From the NCBI GenBank assembly GCA_030636915.1, contig DAOVVZ010000001.1, forward strand, positions 1 through 41,040: a stretch of DNA of 41,040 nucleotides, written 5' to 3'. The notes beneath the pieces are model-generated. The model was not told the origin of the DNA and ran no database searches. It saw only the letters and a list, made by a program, of their open reading frames with translations. This stretch comes from Methylomarinum sp. (GTDB taxonomy: Bacteria; Pseudomonadota; Gammaproteobacteria; Methylococcales; Methylomonadaceae). Below are positions 6,784-16,123 of this stretch, piece by piece. The position numbers and the translations under genes are program-made. Every line of letters begins with the position of its first letter. Within the stretch, counting starts at the first letter, position 1.

Positions 6784-6902
6784 AACAAACAATACGGGTT
6801 GTTTAAAAGTATGAAGCTAGAAATCTAGTTTCATGAAACAAATGAAGTATAGGTTAAGCAATTAAGTTTAGCCAACTTTCTTTTTATAATTATTTTATGG
6901 TA

Positions 6903-7031
6903 TTAATTATCATTATACTGTTTTTTAATTATTGTATTTCCTATAGTAAATCTAGCCCACTCGCCATCAACAGGCGGTCTTTCAGGTGTTACTGCTGTAT
7001 CGGTGTCTTTATTCCATGCGATAATAATCAT
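6903..7031 (-). CDS. Small hypothetical protein (42 aa), last gene of the leftward structural operon
   Basis: Hand-read ORF MIIIAWNKDTDTAVTPERPPVDGEWARFTIGNTIIKKQYNDN. AGAGGGA RBS upstream; the ATG lies 1 nt after the upstream stop. It replaces the implausible plus-strand ORF 6897..7142. Confidence 0.4.
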   Translation of the reverse strand: MIIIAWNKDTDTAVTPERPPVDGEWARFTIGNTIIKKQYNDN

Positions 7032-7032
7032 T

Positions 7033-7656
7033 TTATAATCCCTCTGGTAAAGATAATGTGTAACCTACTGCGCACTTATGAGATGACGCTCCAGCAGTTA
7101 AGCTTACAGAGCCTTGGATTGTTACAGTTAAAGATGAATTAAAGGGCATCCCTACACCTCCTCGCTCCACTACCTGTATAGGCGTTAACATTTGTATAAC
7201 AGTTGCCAGCATGTACCCTGTATCAGACTCAGAGCCATAACTGGCTGATGGTCCTGATGCTGTTTGTGGCGTCACACTCCTATAACCACCGATCAATATC
7301 TTTGTGCCACTTCCTGAAATCGTCCTTGTTATAGTTGTTAGTTCTCCATCGATGGTAATTCTTATGGTCATATCACCACTAGAATCTAAAGTACAAGATA
7401 AAATATTAGTTAATACTCCTGAACCTGATACATTAACGATAGTTTGCTCTAACGTATTTGATACTTGCTGTAGTGTTGCTACGTCAAATTCAACAGCAGC
7501 GTAATTTATTTCTAAAGCTGTATAAAACCCCGTAACGTTAGATGCTAATGATGTTGCTCCCGCTGTTTTTATTTTTATATCTCCCGGAGCTAGTCGAGTC
7601 GATGGAAAAACCAAACCACCACCACCACCGCTAAATAAATCATTCCAGTTAGCCAT
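7033..7656 (-). CDS. Distal tail fibre / receptor-binding tip protein (putative)
   Basis: I prefer the start at MANWNDLFSGGGGG (ATG 7656) because of the GGAGA RBS and because it lies 1 nt after the upstream stop at 7658. The sequence is Gly/Ser/Thr-rich and beta-strand-like, and it is the last large structural gene. Confidence 0.55.
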   Translation of the reverse strand: MANWNDLFSGGGGGLVFPSTRLAPGDIKIKTAGATSLASNVTGFYTALEINYAAVEFDVATLQQVSNTLEQTIVNVSGSGVLTNILSCTLDSSGDMTIRITIDGELTTITRTISGSGTKILIGGYRSVTPQTASGPSASYGSESDTGYMLATVIQMLTPIQVVERGGVGMPFNSSLTVTIQGSVSLTAGASSHKCAVGYTLSLPEGL

Positions 7657-7657
7657 G

Positions 7658-8518
7658 TTATTTAATCTCCCATTCTGTACCATTATCAATCAATGTTAAT
7701 GTTTGTATGAAGTTTTGAAACACCCATGTAGTGTCGGTTATTTTCGTACTAGTTGTTACGCTAATATTTGAAACTGATGTTAATGTCATTATCGTACCAT
7801 CAAGCCATGTTATTTTAATTGGTGCTCCACCACTTGCAGCAGGTACAACATGTGAGGCTGTAGCAGTGCTTGTATATGATTTACCAGCAACTAAGTTTGT
7901 AGCCGTTGCGATATCAGTTGGCAGTTGGTTAATTGCAGGAAGCCAATTAACACCTGTGTCAGCTGATGGATCGTTACCTGCTGTAGCCGTTAAGGCTTTC
8001 CATAAGTTTCCGCCAGTGGTTTGAACAACGTCTGCAATCGAATATGTTATCTTGTTATTCCACACACCTCTAAGCTTGAATTCTTCCCAAAAAGAATTGT
8101 CTCCTGCATCTTCTATTGGGTTATTTCCAAGATTGTTTTCAGTAAGCGAACGGTAATAAAGACCATTATCTGGTGAAACAACAAATGCTGGTATCCCATA
8201 AAGTATTGTCGAATTCCAATCACTAAAAGCAGATCTTGATCCTGATTGACCACCAACATTGTCAAGTAAGTTTATCTGAACATTATCTTTTGTTCTTAGC
8301 TCGACACTGTAAACGCCATCACCAAATACATCAAAAGGCAAGCGACCCTCACCATTTAAAGTGACAGGGTTTGGGTTTTCATCATTCAAACCTGCATCTG
8401 AGTATGTAATCTTCTTTGTTGAATAGTCGGTGTTCTCGTAGAACGTAACAACACCTGAAGCTAATGGATCACCATTATCATCGAATAGTTGCTCAAAAAT
8501 TGGGAATATTCTTGCCAT
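7658..8518 (-). CDS. Tail fibre protein
   Basis: ATG at 8518 with AAGGAG 7 nt upstream; the track start at 8524 is a TTG. The N-terminus FDDNGDPLASGVVTFYENTDYSTKKITYSD...NPNPVTLNGEGR is the common phage fibre/tailspike N-terminal motif (F.D.nG.PL.gG...fY..gT....tY.d....NP..ld..G). Confidence 0.7.
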   Translation of the reverse strand: MARIFPIFEQLFDDNGDPLASGVVTFYENTDYSTKKITYSDAGLNDENPNPVTLNGEGRLPFDVFGDGVYSVELRTKDNVQINLLDNVGGQSGSRSAFSDWNSTILYGIPAFVVSPDNGLYYRSLTENNLGNNPIEDAGDNSFWEEFKLRGVWNNKITYSIADVVQTTGGNLWKALTATAGNDPSADTGVNWLPAINQLPTDIATATNLVAGKSYTSTATASHVVPAASGGAPIKITWLDGTIMTLTSVSNISVTTSTKITDTTWVFQNFIQTLTLIDNGTEWEIK

Positions 8519-8613
8519 TTGCAATCTCCTTGTTTTATACTTCGTTTAATTATACATCAAACGGACTTTAATAATGAAAAATGATATGAGCGACACAAAC
8601 AGGACTTTATTTT

Positions 8614-10203
8614 TTATTTTGTGCGTAGCTCTTGGTTATCTCCTTGCTTTATAGCGGAGCCAGATAAAGCGCCCATAGCATAATTAATTGCTCGCTGGCC
8701 TTTAGCTAAATCAAGTGCATCTTTAAAGGTCTCATTGCCTATCATCTTAATAGTATCTAAATCAACACTAGGATCAGAAAGTAAATCAGCTAAATCTTGC
8801 GCGCTTCTTTTTGCCTTTGGAACTGTCTGTAAATAAGCTCTTGTTATATCAGTTCCGTCTTTACCTGCAAGAGTCATTTTTTTGGCAAAGTCTGCCTTTC
8901 CTCTTGTTAGTTTTTGAGCAATAGCTTTTGAAACTGTACCTATAATTGGTACGGCTAAAGCACCAGTTGCACCACCACCAAGAAAACCAATACCACCACC
9001 ACCAACAATTGATTGAAAAACGTTAGGTGACCTATCAAGTGACAGTCCAAACTTACCAACCATTCTTGTAAAATTAGATTTAAAATCACCTTTAACAACA
9101 TCACGCATCAACTGTTGATCAGCTTCAGGAATGTATTTTGATTGCTTTTTGCTCCTTAGAATACGGTTGAATTCGTTTCTTATACCGCTCTCTGCACCAG
9201 CTGCGACATCATTACCACGTGTAATAGCTTCTTCTAATAACTCACCACGTTTAGCGCGACCCCATAGTTTACGAGCTGTTTTAAATTTCTTGCCGACTCC
9301 TGCCTTTGCTTCAGTCCCGCCGACTAATTCAGATGGCTTTAAGTTATCAAGAAAATCATCAATTTCATTAAGCATTAAATTACCAATAGCTTTCTCAGTA
9401 TCATCTAATGATTTTGTTGTTCTGCTTGCTATCTCCCTTAACGAATCAATCTCTGTTAAAGGCTGGTTAACTCCTTTTGATTCTTTGATAATCTTCATAG
9501 CCCTAGCAGTTTTATCTGTCAATCTCGGGTCAAGACCTACCTTTTTAGCATTAGTTTCAATGTTATTAATAAGTCTATCAACATTAGAAGATTTAACTGT
9601 TACACCTGAATCATCTATTTCTTTGTAAATAGCCCTAGATGCACTTTTTATAGCCTCTATTTCAGGAGCAGACTCTAACATTGATTTTTGAATTAACTTG
9701 TCTGATGGTGCGTTTGGAGTCCTTAGTGACTTAGTTCCTTTAACACCTAGTATTTCAAGTGCTGCTGTCGGTAAAGAATGAGCAAGTGCAGCTAGTGCAG
9801 GGCTACCTGTAATTTCAAGAACATTATCACCAAGAAATGATTCAGCACCTTGCATTACTTCACCAACTGGCGCTAAAGTTTCGCCTATATTTTGTTGGTA
9901 CTCTTTACCTGTTTCTGTGCTTGGCTCATATGTCAATAAGTCACGAACAGATTTTACTGCTTCTGAACCTGCCCCCTCATCTGCAAAAGGGTTTAATGAT
10001 TGAGCAATACCAGCAATTCCCGCTACAGGCTCGGCAACAATACCAGAAGCCATTGAAGCAACGTTTTCAGCAACACCTAGTGCCTTGTCACCAAAAGAAG
10101 ATTCTGGCTCATCAATAGTAAATCCTTCAGGCAAAGTTGAACTACCCATGGGCTGTTCAACTTTTTCATCTAGTGTAAAACCTGCTGGTAATTGTGCGCT
10201 CAT
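8614..10203 (-). CDS. Internal virion / ejection protein (large, Gly/Ala-rich patches)
   Basis: I prefer the start at ATG 10203, which forms an ATGA overlap with the upstream stop. It is 529 aa, has GGGGIGFLGGGATGALAVPIIG hydrophobic glycine-zipper-like segments, and occupies the position of P22 gp16/gp20-type proteins. Confidence 0.55.
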   Translation of the reverse strand: MSAQLPAGFTLDEKVEQPMGSSTLPEGFTIDEPESSFGDKALGVAENVASMASGIVAEPVAGIAGIAQSLNPFADEGAGSEAVKSVRDLLTYEPSTETGKEYQQNIGETLAPVGEVMQGAESFLGDNVLEITGSPALAALAHSLPTAALEILGVKGTKSLRTPNAPSDKLIQKSMLESAPEIEAIKSASRAIYKEIDDSGVTVKSSNVDRLINNIETNAKKVGLDPRLTDKTARAMKIIKESKGVNQPLTEIDSLREIASRTTKSLDDTEKAIGNLMLNEIDDFLDNLKPSELVGGTEAKAGVGKKFKTARKLWGRAKRGELLEEAITRGNDVAAGAESGIRNEFNRILRSKKQSKYIPEADQQLMRDVVKGDFKSNFTRMVGKFGLSLDRSPNVFQSIVGGGGIGFLGGGATGALAVPIIGTVSKAIAQKLTRGKADFAKKMTLAGKDGTDITRAYLQTVPKAKRSAQDLADLLSDPSVDLDTIKMIGNETFKDALDLAKGQRAINYAMGALSGSAIKQGDNQELRTK

Positions 10204-11420
10204 ATTTTCACCCATTGCCCGTTAGTGAATTTCATCTTAACACCACCCGAGCCTGTAGCAGTCACACCTTCAGTGTACTTTGATGGAGTGGTGGTTACTT
10301 CTTCAGGCTTAGCTTCTTCAAACTGTGCCATAATAGTTTTAATTTCATCAATGACGAATTGATCACCCTCAACCTCTGCCGCTTTTAAAGCTCTACGCAT
10401 TGAACGGTCAGCTATCTTCATTGTCTCTTTAAGTAATCTAATATTGCCTTCAGTTGACTTGCCAAAACCTGCTTCAATATCTGTTAAACGCTTTCCTTCC
10501 CCTTCAGTGAATGCTGAACCGAAGATTGGCTTTAATTGAGCTAATACAGCTTTACCCATGTTCGCAGAAAGTTGTGCTTCGTCTGCTGATTCTATACCAA
10601 ATAACTGTTTAGCTTTTAATGCTGCTTGGTCAAACCCACCAGTTTTAACTGTTTTTAATAGCTCAACTGAATCTCTTAGAATTCCATATGAGTCGGCAGC
10701 ATCAACACCAGAATCAATATACCCCTGCCTACGTTGAACGTTTGATTTATCAGAAACTCCAGCGGTTTTTATATCCTGCTTTTCTTGTGCAGTAGCGCCA
10801 AATTTAGCGGTTAACCTTCTGAAGTTTTCAAGCTTTTTAGTTGCGCCTTCTAATAAATCAGTATCACCTGAAGCTCTTGCTTTTTCAACTGTATCCTCTA
10901 GTGATGACATTGTTTCAAAGTTCTTTTCTGGATCGCTTAAATTCCTTTTCTTACCGCCGCCACCAATAGGTCGGCCTGTAAGATTAGACAGTGCAATCAT
11001 GTTTTGCTGAATATACTCGCTACCTGTTTTGCTATATGCAGCTTCTAGGCTTTTTATAATAATAGGGTTGTCTTTATACTGTTCGATAAGTTGAGGTATT
11101 AACTTTTTACCATCTTCTTCATCGTAAGTATTAAGCATTACTGCAATCTGAGTTAGTTCAGCTTTAGTATTTGCATTCTTCATACTTTCAACTTGCAATT
11201 GTTTCTGCTCTTGAATAATTGGATTTATAGCTTCTTGCTGCGTTGCTTGAGATCTTAAATTCTGGCCTTGTAATTGTGCATTCTGAATTTTTAAAGGATT
11301 CATTTTCTCATTGAAGGCGCGCTGTTCTTGCAAAGTTTGTGCATTCTGAAAAGCACCACCAAGGCGCAATCCAGATTGCAAAGCTTGATTTGATTGCTGT
11401 TGAAAATTTGGAATAGGCAT
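10200..11420 (-). CDS. Internal virion / ejection protein (Gln-rich N-terminus, coiled-coil)
   Basis: 406 aa. The N-terminal 90 aa are Gln/Asn-rich. Lies in the ejection-protein block. Confidence 0.5.
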   Translation of the reverse strand: MPIPNFQQQSNQALQSGLRLGGAFQNAQTLQEQRAFNEKMNPLKIQNAQLQGQNLRSQATQQEAINPIIQEQKQLQVESMKNANTKAELTQIAVMLNTYDEEDGKKLIPQLIEQYKDNPIIIKSLEAAYSKTGSEYIQQNMIALSNLTGRPIGGGGKKRNLSDPEKNFETMSSLEDTVEKARASGDTDLLEGATKKLENFRRLTAKFGATAQEKQDIKTAGVSDKSNVQRRQGYIDSGVDAADSYGILRDSVELLKTVKTGGFDQAALKAKQLFGIESADEAQLSANMGKAVLAQLKPIFGSAFTEGEGKRLTDIEAGFGKSTEGNIRLLKETMKIADRSMRRALKAAEVEGDQFVIDEIKTIMAQFEEAKPEEVTTTPSKYTEGVTATGSGGVKMKFTNGQWVKI

Positions 11421-11430
11421 TTTATTTTCC

Positions 11431-13020
11431 TTATGGCACAGGGCCAGTTGTTGAAGCTTTGTACGGAGTTGCAGGTGGTGGCGTTGTCGATGGTATCAAA
11501 GAAGTTAATAATTCAGGATTACTAGCAAGCAAACCTGTCAACGTTGAAATAGTGTTGCCTGTTGAATTGGTAACTCCTGCCGCCTGAGCATTACCTTGCT
11601 GTAAAGCTAAATTACTTTGTTGCGAACCTTGCCCTGTAGCTAAGTTAGATAAGATAGTTGCAAGCTGAGTTCTTAAGCCTGATGTTTGAGCACCGCTTTG
11701 CTCGTCAAGTCTTGCGAGTGCTGCTGATGTACCTGTATCAAGTCCCGAAAGATTAGAGCCTAAACCGCTTTGTAAATTGGCAACATTAGTACCTGTAGAG
11801 TTAATTTGATTAGCGATATCTCTGCCGGCAGCATCACGTAAACTTGAAATATTAGTTCCTGCTGTTCCGTAAATATTAGAAAGGTTAATTCCTAATTGAT
11901 TAGCAAGTTGGCCTTCGCTGACACCTAATTGATTAGCCATTGTTGCTAATTGATCGCCTTGGGTTTGGCGTAGTGACATTTCTTGTTGACCACCAGCAAC
12001 AGACATTTGTGCCAAGTCACGACCTGCTTGTGATTGAATCTGCGCTTGATTTCCTGCTGCATCTTGTCCGCGAGTAGCTAATGAACGTAAGTTACCTAAA
12101 TCAGTTTGAAAGTTTTGTGAAGCCCTTCCTGCTGCTTGCTCTTGCAATGCAGTTAAAACATTACCTGATTGACTTCCACCCGTTGACGCTTGGTTACGAA
12201 TAACGGCTTGCTCTTGCTGTTCTCTTAACCATTGTTGACCGGGAGACTCTGTATAATTAGCAAATGCTTCTTGTTGTGCCTCATATCCTAAAGCACCAGA
12301 ACGAGCTGCTTCAATATCAAATGCTTTTCCACCTGTTTCTGCATAAGGGTTAAAACGATCAATAGCGCCCTGACTAGCTTGGTTTATATCACCACGACCT
12401 GTTTCAATACCACTTCTTAAGCTTTGAACCCCTTGATCATAATAATTATTTATATCACTACGACCTTGATCAGCACCTCTATTATAAGCACCCATTGCAT
12501 CATAAGTGCCAGTAGCTAAAGCCCCAGCTTGAGCGCCTAAACCAGTAGTAATCGCTTCTTCTGCACCTGCTAAACCATAATTTCCTTCAGGAGCATATAA
12601 ACCAAAATCACCTTCAGCCATTTCAGAAGGTATAAATTCACCTTCTAATGGTTTAAGTTCTTGGTGTATAGGATCTAATTGTTGCGATGCATCTTGAAAT
12701 GGTCCCATATTAGTAGCATTAGGGTCATTTATACCTGTACGATTAAAATTATTATAATTAAAATCTTCTCCTTGCCACTCAGGTTTTTGTATAACTTGAT
12801 TTTGAGGTTGTGAATTTAATACAGGTACTTTTTGACCACCCATCATTTCAAATTGTCGCTGATTAGGATTATAAGGTGGTGTTTGTTTAACCTGCGATCC
12901 AAGTCCAGTTCTTAATGTTTGTTGTGGAGGCATCATTGCTTGCCGACCACCACCCATAGGATTGAAAGGTGGCGTTTGACCGGGCTGCTTTCTTTGCATT
13001 GGTAAATTTTGAGCTGGCAT
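11431..13020 (-). CDS. Internal virion / ejection protein (extreme Gln/Gly/Ala/Ser/Thr low complexity)
   Basis: I prefer the start at MPAQNLPMQRK (ATG 13020) because GGAGG lies 7 nt upstream. This removes the overlap with 13031..13750. About 529 aa with long Q/G/A/N-rich runs. Confidence 0.55.
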   Translation of the reverse strand: MPAQNLPMQRKQPGQTPPFNPMGGGRQAMMPPQQTLRTGLGSQVKQTPPYNPNQRQFEMMGGQKVPVLNSQPQNQVIQKPEWQGEDFNYNNFNRTGINDPNATNMGPFQDASQQLDPIHQELKPLEGEFIPSEMAEGDFGLYAPEGNYGLAGAEEAITTGLGAQAGALATGTYDAMGAYNRGADQGRSDINNYYDQGVQSLRSGIETGRGDINQASQGAIDRFNPYAETGGKAFDIEAARSGALGYEAQQEAFANYTESPGQQWLREQQEQAVIRNQASTGGSQSGNVLTALQEQAAGRASQNFQTDLGNLRSLATRGQDAAGNQAQIQSQAGRDLAQMSVAGGQQEMSLRQTQGDQLATMANQLGVSEGQLANQLGINLSNIYGTAGTNISSLRDAAGRDIANQINSTGTNVANLQSGLGSNLSGLDTGTSAALARLDEQSGAQTSGLRTQLATILSNLATGQGSQQSNLALQQGNAQAAGVTNSTGNTISTLTGLLASNPELLTSLIPSTTPPPATPYKASTTGPVP

Positions 13021-13030
13021 TTTTCGCCTC

Positions 13031-13750
13031 CTATCTAAAAGTTTGTGCGGGGTTGAACTGGAAATTTCCACCACGTAAAGAGTTATCATTAAAACTCATT
13101 TCAGGCAATGGCTGTTGTTGCTGTCTTAAGCTTGATACAGGTTGTTGTGCTTGCTGTTGTGGTATTTGATTAGCACGTAAACCACCAGAATTAGGGTCAT
13201 AATCAGGAGTCTGACCAACACGAGGCATAATATTTGGAATATCTTCCGCTGGTAAGATACGACCTGTTTGAGGAGGAAAACCGCCACCATCTTTAATGCC
13301 TTTAAGTTCTGCTAATAGTTCAGGATCAATGTTTGGTTGCGCAATCTGAACGCCGCCTTGATTTGGATCGGGTTCAGGTATTCCGGCTTGAACTTGTGGT
13401 TTTCCAGTGCCGCGACCTAAAATAGCATTGAATGCTTGTTGACCTGTTGTCTGCAAGGTTGTTGCTGCATTTAAAAAAGAAGTATTTAAAAGGTTAGCTG
13501 CTGAAGTTTTACCTTCCAGTAAGTCGCCGCGAGCTTGGTTTAAACTTGTGGTAATATCTTTAAATGATGGATTAAATAAAGCTAAAGCATCAACCCTTGC
13601 AGACCTTGCTGCTTCTGCTGATATTCGTGCAGCATTATCAATGCCTTCCGATTGTTTTTTGGCTGCATCTCTTTGTGCAGCTGAAGATTTGTTTGAAGCG
13701 TATATTGTACCCGCTCCAACAACCACTGCTGCTGTGACTACCGCTGTCAT
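13031..13750 (-). CDS. Internal virion / ejection protein with N-terminal TM segment
   Basis: 239 aa. MTAVVTAAVVVGAGTIYA is a hydrophobic anchor, followed by an Ala-rich helix and a Pro/Gln-rich tail. Confidence 0.5.
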   Translation of the reverse strand: MTAVVTAAVVVGAGTIYASNKSSAAQRDAAKKQSEGIDNAARISAEAARSARVDALALFNPSFKDITTSLNQARGDLLEGKTSAANLLNTSFLNAATTLQTTGQQAFNAILGRGTGKPQVQAGIPEPDPNQGGVQIAQPNIDPELLAELKGIKDGGGFPPQTGRILPAEDIPNIMPRVGQTPDYDPNSGGLRANQIPQQQAQQPVSSLRQQQQPLPEMSFNDNSLRGGNFQFNPAQTFR

Positions 13751-13843
13751 ATTAACCCCTTGAAATATAATAATTCATATATAATTGGCGGCTAACTCTG
13801 AACCATTGGTACATCACTCTAGTATCTATATTAACATAATTGT

Positions 13844-14434
13844 CTATATTTTTGCTATTTTGTAAACTGCTTCCCCCTCAATAAAAATATCATCATCATT
13901 TTCTGAATGAATATGCGCTTCCATTTCTTCAATGGTGTCATATGGTGCAGCATGAAACGAGCACCATTCAACATCAGTTAATGCTATACCGCATTTTTTA
14001 ACACCAACTTCACTTGTCATTGTAAAAGGGGCGTGAATTTCTTTTGTACCAGCATCTGTAACAATAATCATTGAACCTTTGGTCATGACGTCCATGTGTT
14101 TAACTTTATGAATAGCCCCGGTTAAAACTGTACCTTCTGGAACTTTCATAGTTCTTTTGTATAGGCCATCTATAAACTCGTGCTTTAGTCCAATAGTAAC
14201 TTGATCAAGCGTTGCAAGATAACGCTCTAATTTTCTCACTCGTTCATTTACAGGTAAAGCTAATGCTTGAATGGTAGGTTCAAACAAGTCATAAATATTT
14301 CTTTCATGCTCAGTAAGCAAAAAGCCATCAATAACACGACTAGAAATAACACCACCATAAGACAAGCAAACATCTGAAGGAGAATGAACAACAGGCTTAT
14401 TATTTGTTTCTTCATAATTCACTTTAATACCCAT
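13844..14434 (-). CDS. Hypothetical virion-module protein (cupin-like beta-barrel pattern)
   Basis: 196 aa. YKRTMKVPEGTVLTGAIHKVKHMDVMTKGSMIIVTDAG...GIALTDVEW looks like a double-stranded beta-helix. The function is not recognised. Confidence 0.5.
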   Translation of the reverse strand: MGIKVNYEETNNKPVVHSPSDVCLSYGGVISSRVIDGFLLTEHERNIYDLFEPTIQALALPVNERVRKLERYLATLDQVTIGLKHEFIDGLYKRTMKVPEGTVLTGAIHKVKHMDVMTKGSMIIVTDAGTKEIHAPFTMTSEVGVKKCGIALTDVEWCSFHAAPYDTIEEMEAHIHSENDDDIFIEGEAVYKIAKI

Positions 14435-14664
14435 CCAGTTGTTAAGCTTTCAATGGTGGTCTTTATATATAAATCATTTGTGTCAGTATCAATATAAAGC
14501 GATTTAAACCGACCATTCTCAATACCCTCAGGACTTCCTTCACCATCAAGTATTTCAAGATTAGTTAATGACTCAAGCAGTGTAAAAAATACAGTGGTAG
14601 GCTTACCAGCTTTATCCACTATTGCCGTTCCGTATGTTTGATTGTTTATCTGTTTATTAGCCAT
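14419..14664 (-). CDS. Small virion-module protein with a GxPEG...YxD...LYxK...GW motif
   Basis: 81 aa. DGEGSPEGIENGRFKSLYIDTDTNDLYIKTTIESLTTGW is a motif common at phage fibre and needle tips. Confidence 0.5.
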   Translation of the reverse strand: MANKQINNQTYGTAIVDKAGKPTTVFFTLLESLTNLEILDGEGSPEGIENGRFKSLYIDTDTNDLYIKTTIESLTTGWVLK

Positions 14665-16123
14665 CTACGTCAAGCACCATTTTCATAATTACCCATCGAA
14701 CATCAGCAGTACATGTAAACTTGAAGATTCTATATCTTTCAGTCATACCTAGCTGACTCCATTTTAATTTTTTATCATACTCACCTTGCGCACCTGCCGC
14801 CCTTGGCCGTGGTGAAGTGTATGTTCTACCGTTGTCTGAATACTGCATAAATAATTCAGCTTCATCAGTATTTATTAGTGATTGCCCTGAATCAATAACC
14901 GCTTCAATAGAATTAAAAAATAATGGTTCAGAATTATTTTCAAGTGTCTGTAATGAAAAAACTCTTCCTATGTAATTGCCATAGTCATTATTAATATCAT
15001 TATCAATTTCGCCAATTATCCCGCTTTCAGAGTCACTAACAAGTAAAGATTCATATGCAGTTACTAATGAATTAACACGCCACCTATCTTTTCCCTGTAA
15101 TCCTGAAGATAGTCTTGAGTGCCATACTTTAGAGCCTGATAATTCACTAGCCTTTGCATCATAAACAAGCGTCCCCTTATCACCTGAAAAACCTACGAAT
15201 ACAGCGCCACGGTATGAATAAGACCAAACAAAAGCAGTATTAGCACTATCTGAGTCTTGCTGTAGTAAGTAATCAATTGACGTTGTTGAAATAGGGGTAA
15301 CACCTGAGCCTGTGAACATGTAAACCTTTGGTGTTTCATCTACACCTTGACCGATAAAAACAAATGAACTATTAAATTCAGTAACAGTAAAAGGTGAGGA
15401 AATTCCTTTAGGTATTACAAAACCCTTGATCACTTGGAAAGCAAAGCCTGAACCCGTACCTGCTGAAGTTTGATAAACCTCTGTCGTTTCTGAACCTAAA
15501 ACAAATAACTGACTCTTGTGAACATGTAACGAACGGATTTTATCAGGGTCAGATTCAGCGCTAGTAAAATCTAAAGCGCCATAAACTAAACCGTTGTTAA
15601 CATTTGAATGAAAGAATTCTTTACTATCACGATTAATAACAAAGTAACTATCAATAAATACACCGATAACAGGTGCCGCTTTTTCAGTATCAATAAATGT
15701 TGATGAAGTAATAGGAACAAGACCACCTGCAACTGTGTAGATGTAACCGATTCTTGTATAAGGAACTATGATAAGTAATTGAGTTCCGTTGTCCGCTGTT
15801 GATACTCTTGCGTTATCTTCATCAGGATTAGCTTCGATAGTACCTAAAGGTGTTGCTGTTACCTTGTCGCTCTCCATCCTGTAAAGAGTAGTGCCGTTGA
15901 TAAAGTATGGTATTCCTGACATTACATGGGCACCACGACCAATTTCAGAAACGCCTGTATTAGTTAATTCCACCAATCCCGGCACTGGGAAAAGTTGAGC
16001 ATCAGAAATTGCACCTTGAGTTTCAGGGATGTTTACATAAAATCCCTGAATCAATTCAGAGGCAACAGGGGTTGCTTCAGATAAATATAATCCTTTACCT
16101 AATGATAGTGGTGAAGTTGCCAT
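14657..16123 (-). CDS. P22 gp10-like tail hub / packaged-DNA stabilisation protein
   Basis: 488 aa (P22 gp10 is 472 aa). I recall several collinear similarities. These are GRGAHVMSGIPYFINGTTLYRMESDKV vs SRGVEYN..AVYRVCGGKLYKGESEV; SLHVHKSQLFVLGSETTEVYQTSAGTG vs IGTWRDFIVCFGSSTIEYFSLTGATT; and the C-terminal KLKWSQLGMTERYRIFKF vs VLWKRVGRIRRLIGFKL. Confidence 0.6.
   Translation of the reverse strand: MATSPLSLGKGLYLSEATPVASELIQGFYVNIPETQGAISDAQLFPVPGLVELTNTGVSEIGRGAHVMSGIPYFINGTTLYRMESDKVTATPLGTIEANPDEDNARVSTADNGTQLLIIVPYTRIGYIYTVAGGLVPITSSTFIDTEKAAPVIGVFIDSYFVINRDSKEFFHSNVNNGLVYGALDFTSAESDPDKIRSLHVHKSQLFVLGSETTEVYQTSAGTGSGFAFQVIKGFVIPKGISSPFTVTEFNSSFVFIGQGVDETPKVYMFTGSGVTPISTTSIDYLLQQDSDSANTAFVWSYSYRGAVFVGFSGDKGTLVYDAKASELSGSKVWHSRLSSGLQGKDRWRVNSLVTAYESLLVSDSESGIIGEIDNDINNDYGNYIGRVFSLQTLENNSEPLFFNSIEAVIDSGQSLINTDEAELFMQYSDNGRTYTSPRPRAAGAQGEYDKKLKWSQLGMTERYRIFKFTCTADVRWVIMKMVLDVDG

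Noticed and set aside
6811-6834. Hairpin ATGAAGCTAG-aaat-CTAGTTTCAT at the convergent junction of the early and structural operons, as a terminator
   Set aside because: The stem is reasonable (10 bp with one G-U) but neither side has a U-run. It is not called as an intrinsic terminator and may still act as an RNA-stability element.
6897-7142. Plus-strand 81-aa ORF crossing the convergent junction
   Set aside because: It overlaps the 3' end of the minus-strand fibre gene and has odd composition. The minus-strand 42-aa ORF 6903..7031 with an AGAGGGA RBS explains the region better.
11431-13089. N-terminal extension of the Q-rich protein (MITLYVVEISS...), which would overlap 13031..13750 by 59 nt
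   Set aside because: The internal ATG at 13020 has GGAGG upstream and starts 10 nt after the upstream stop. The extension is probably not translated.
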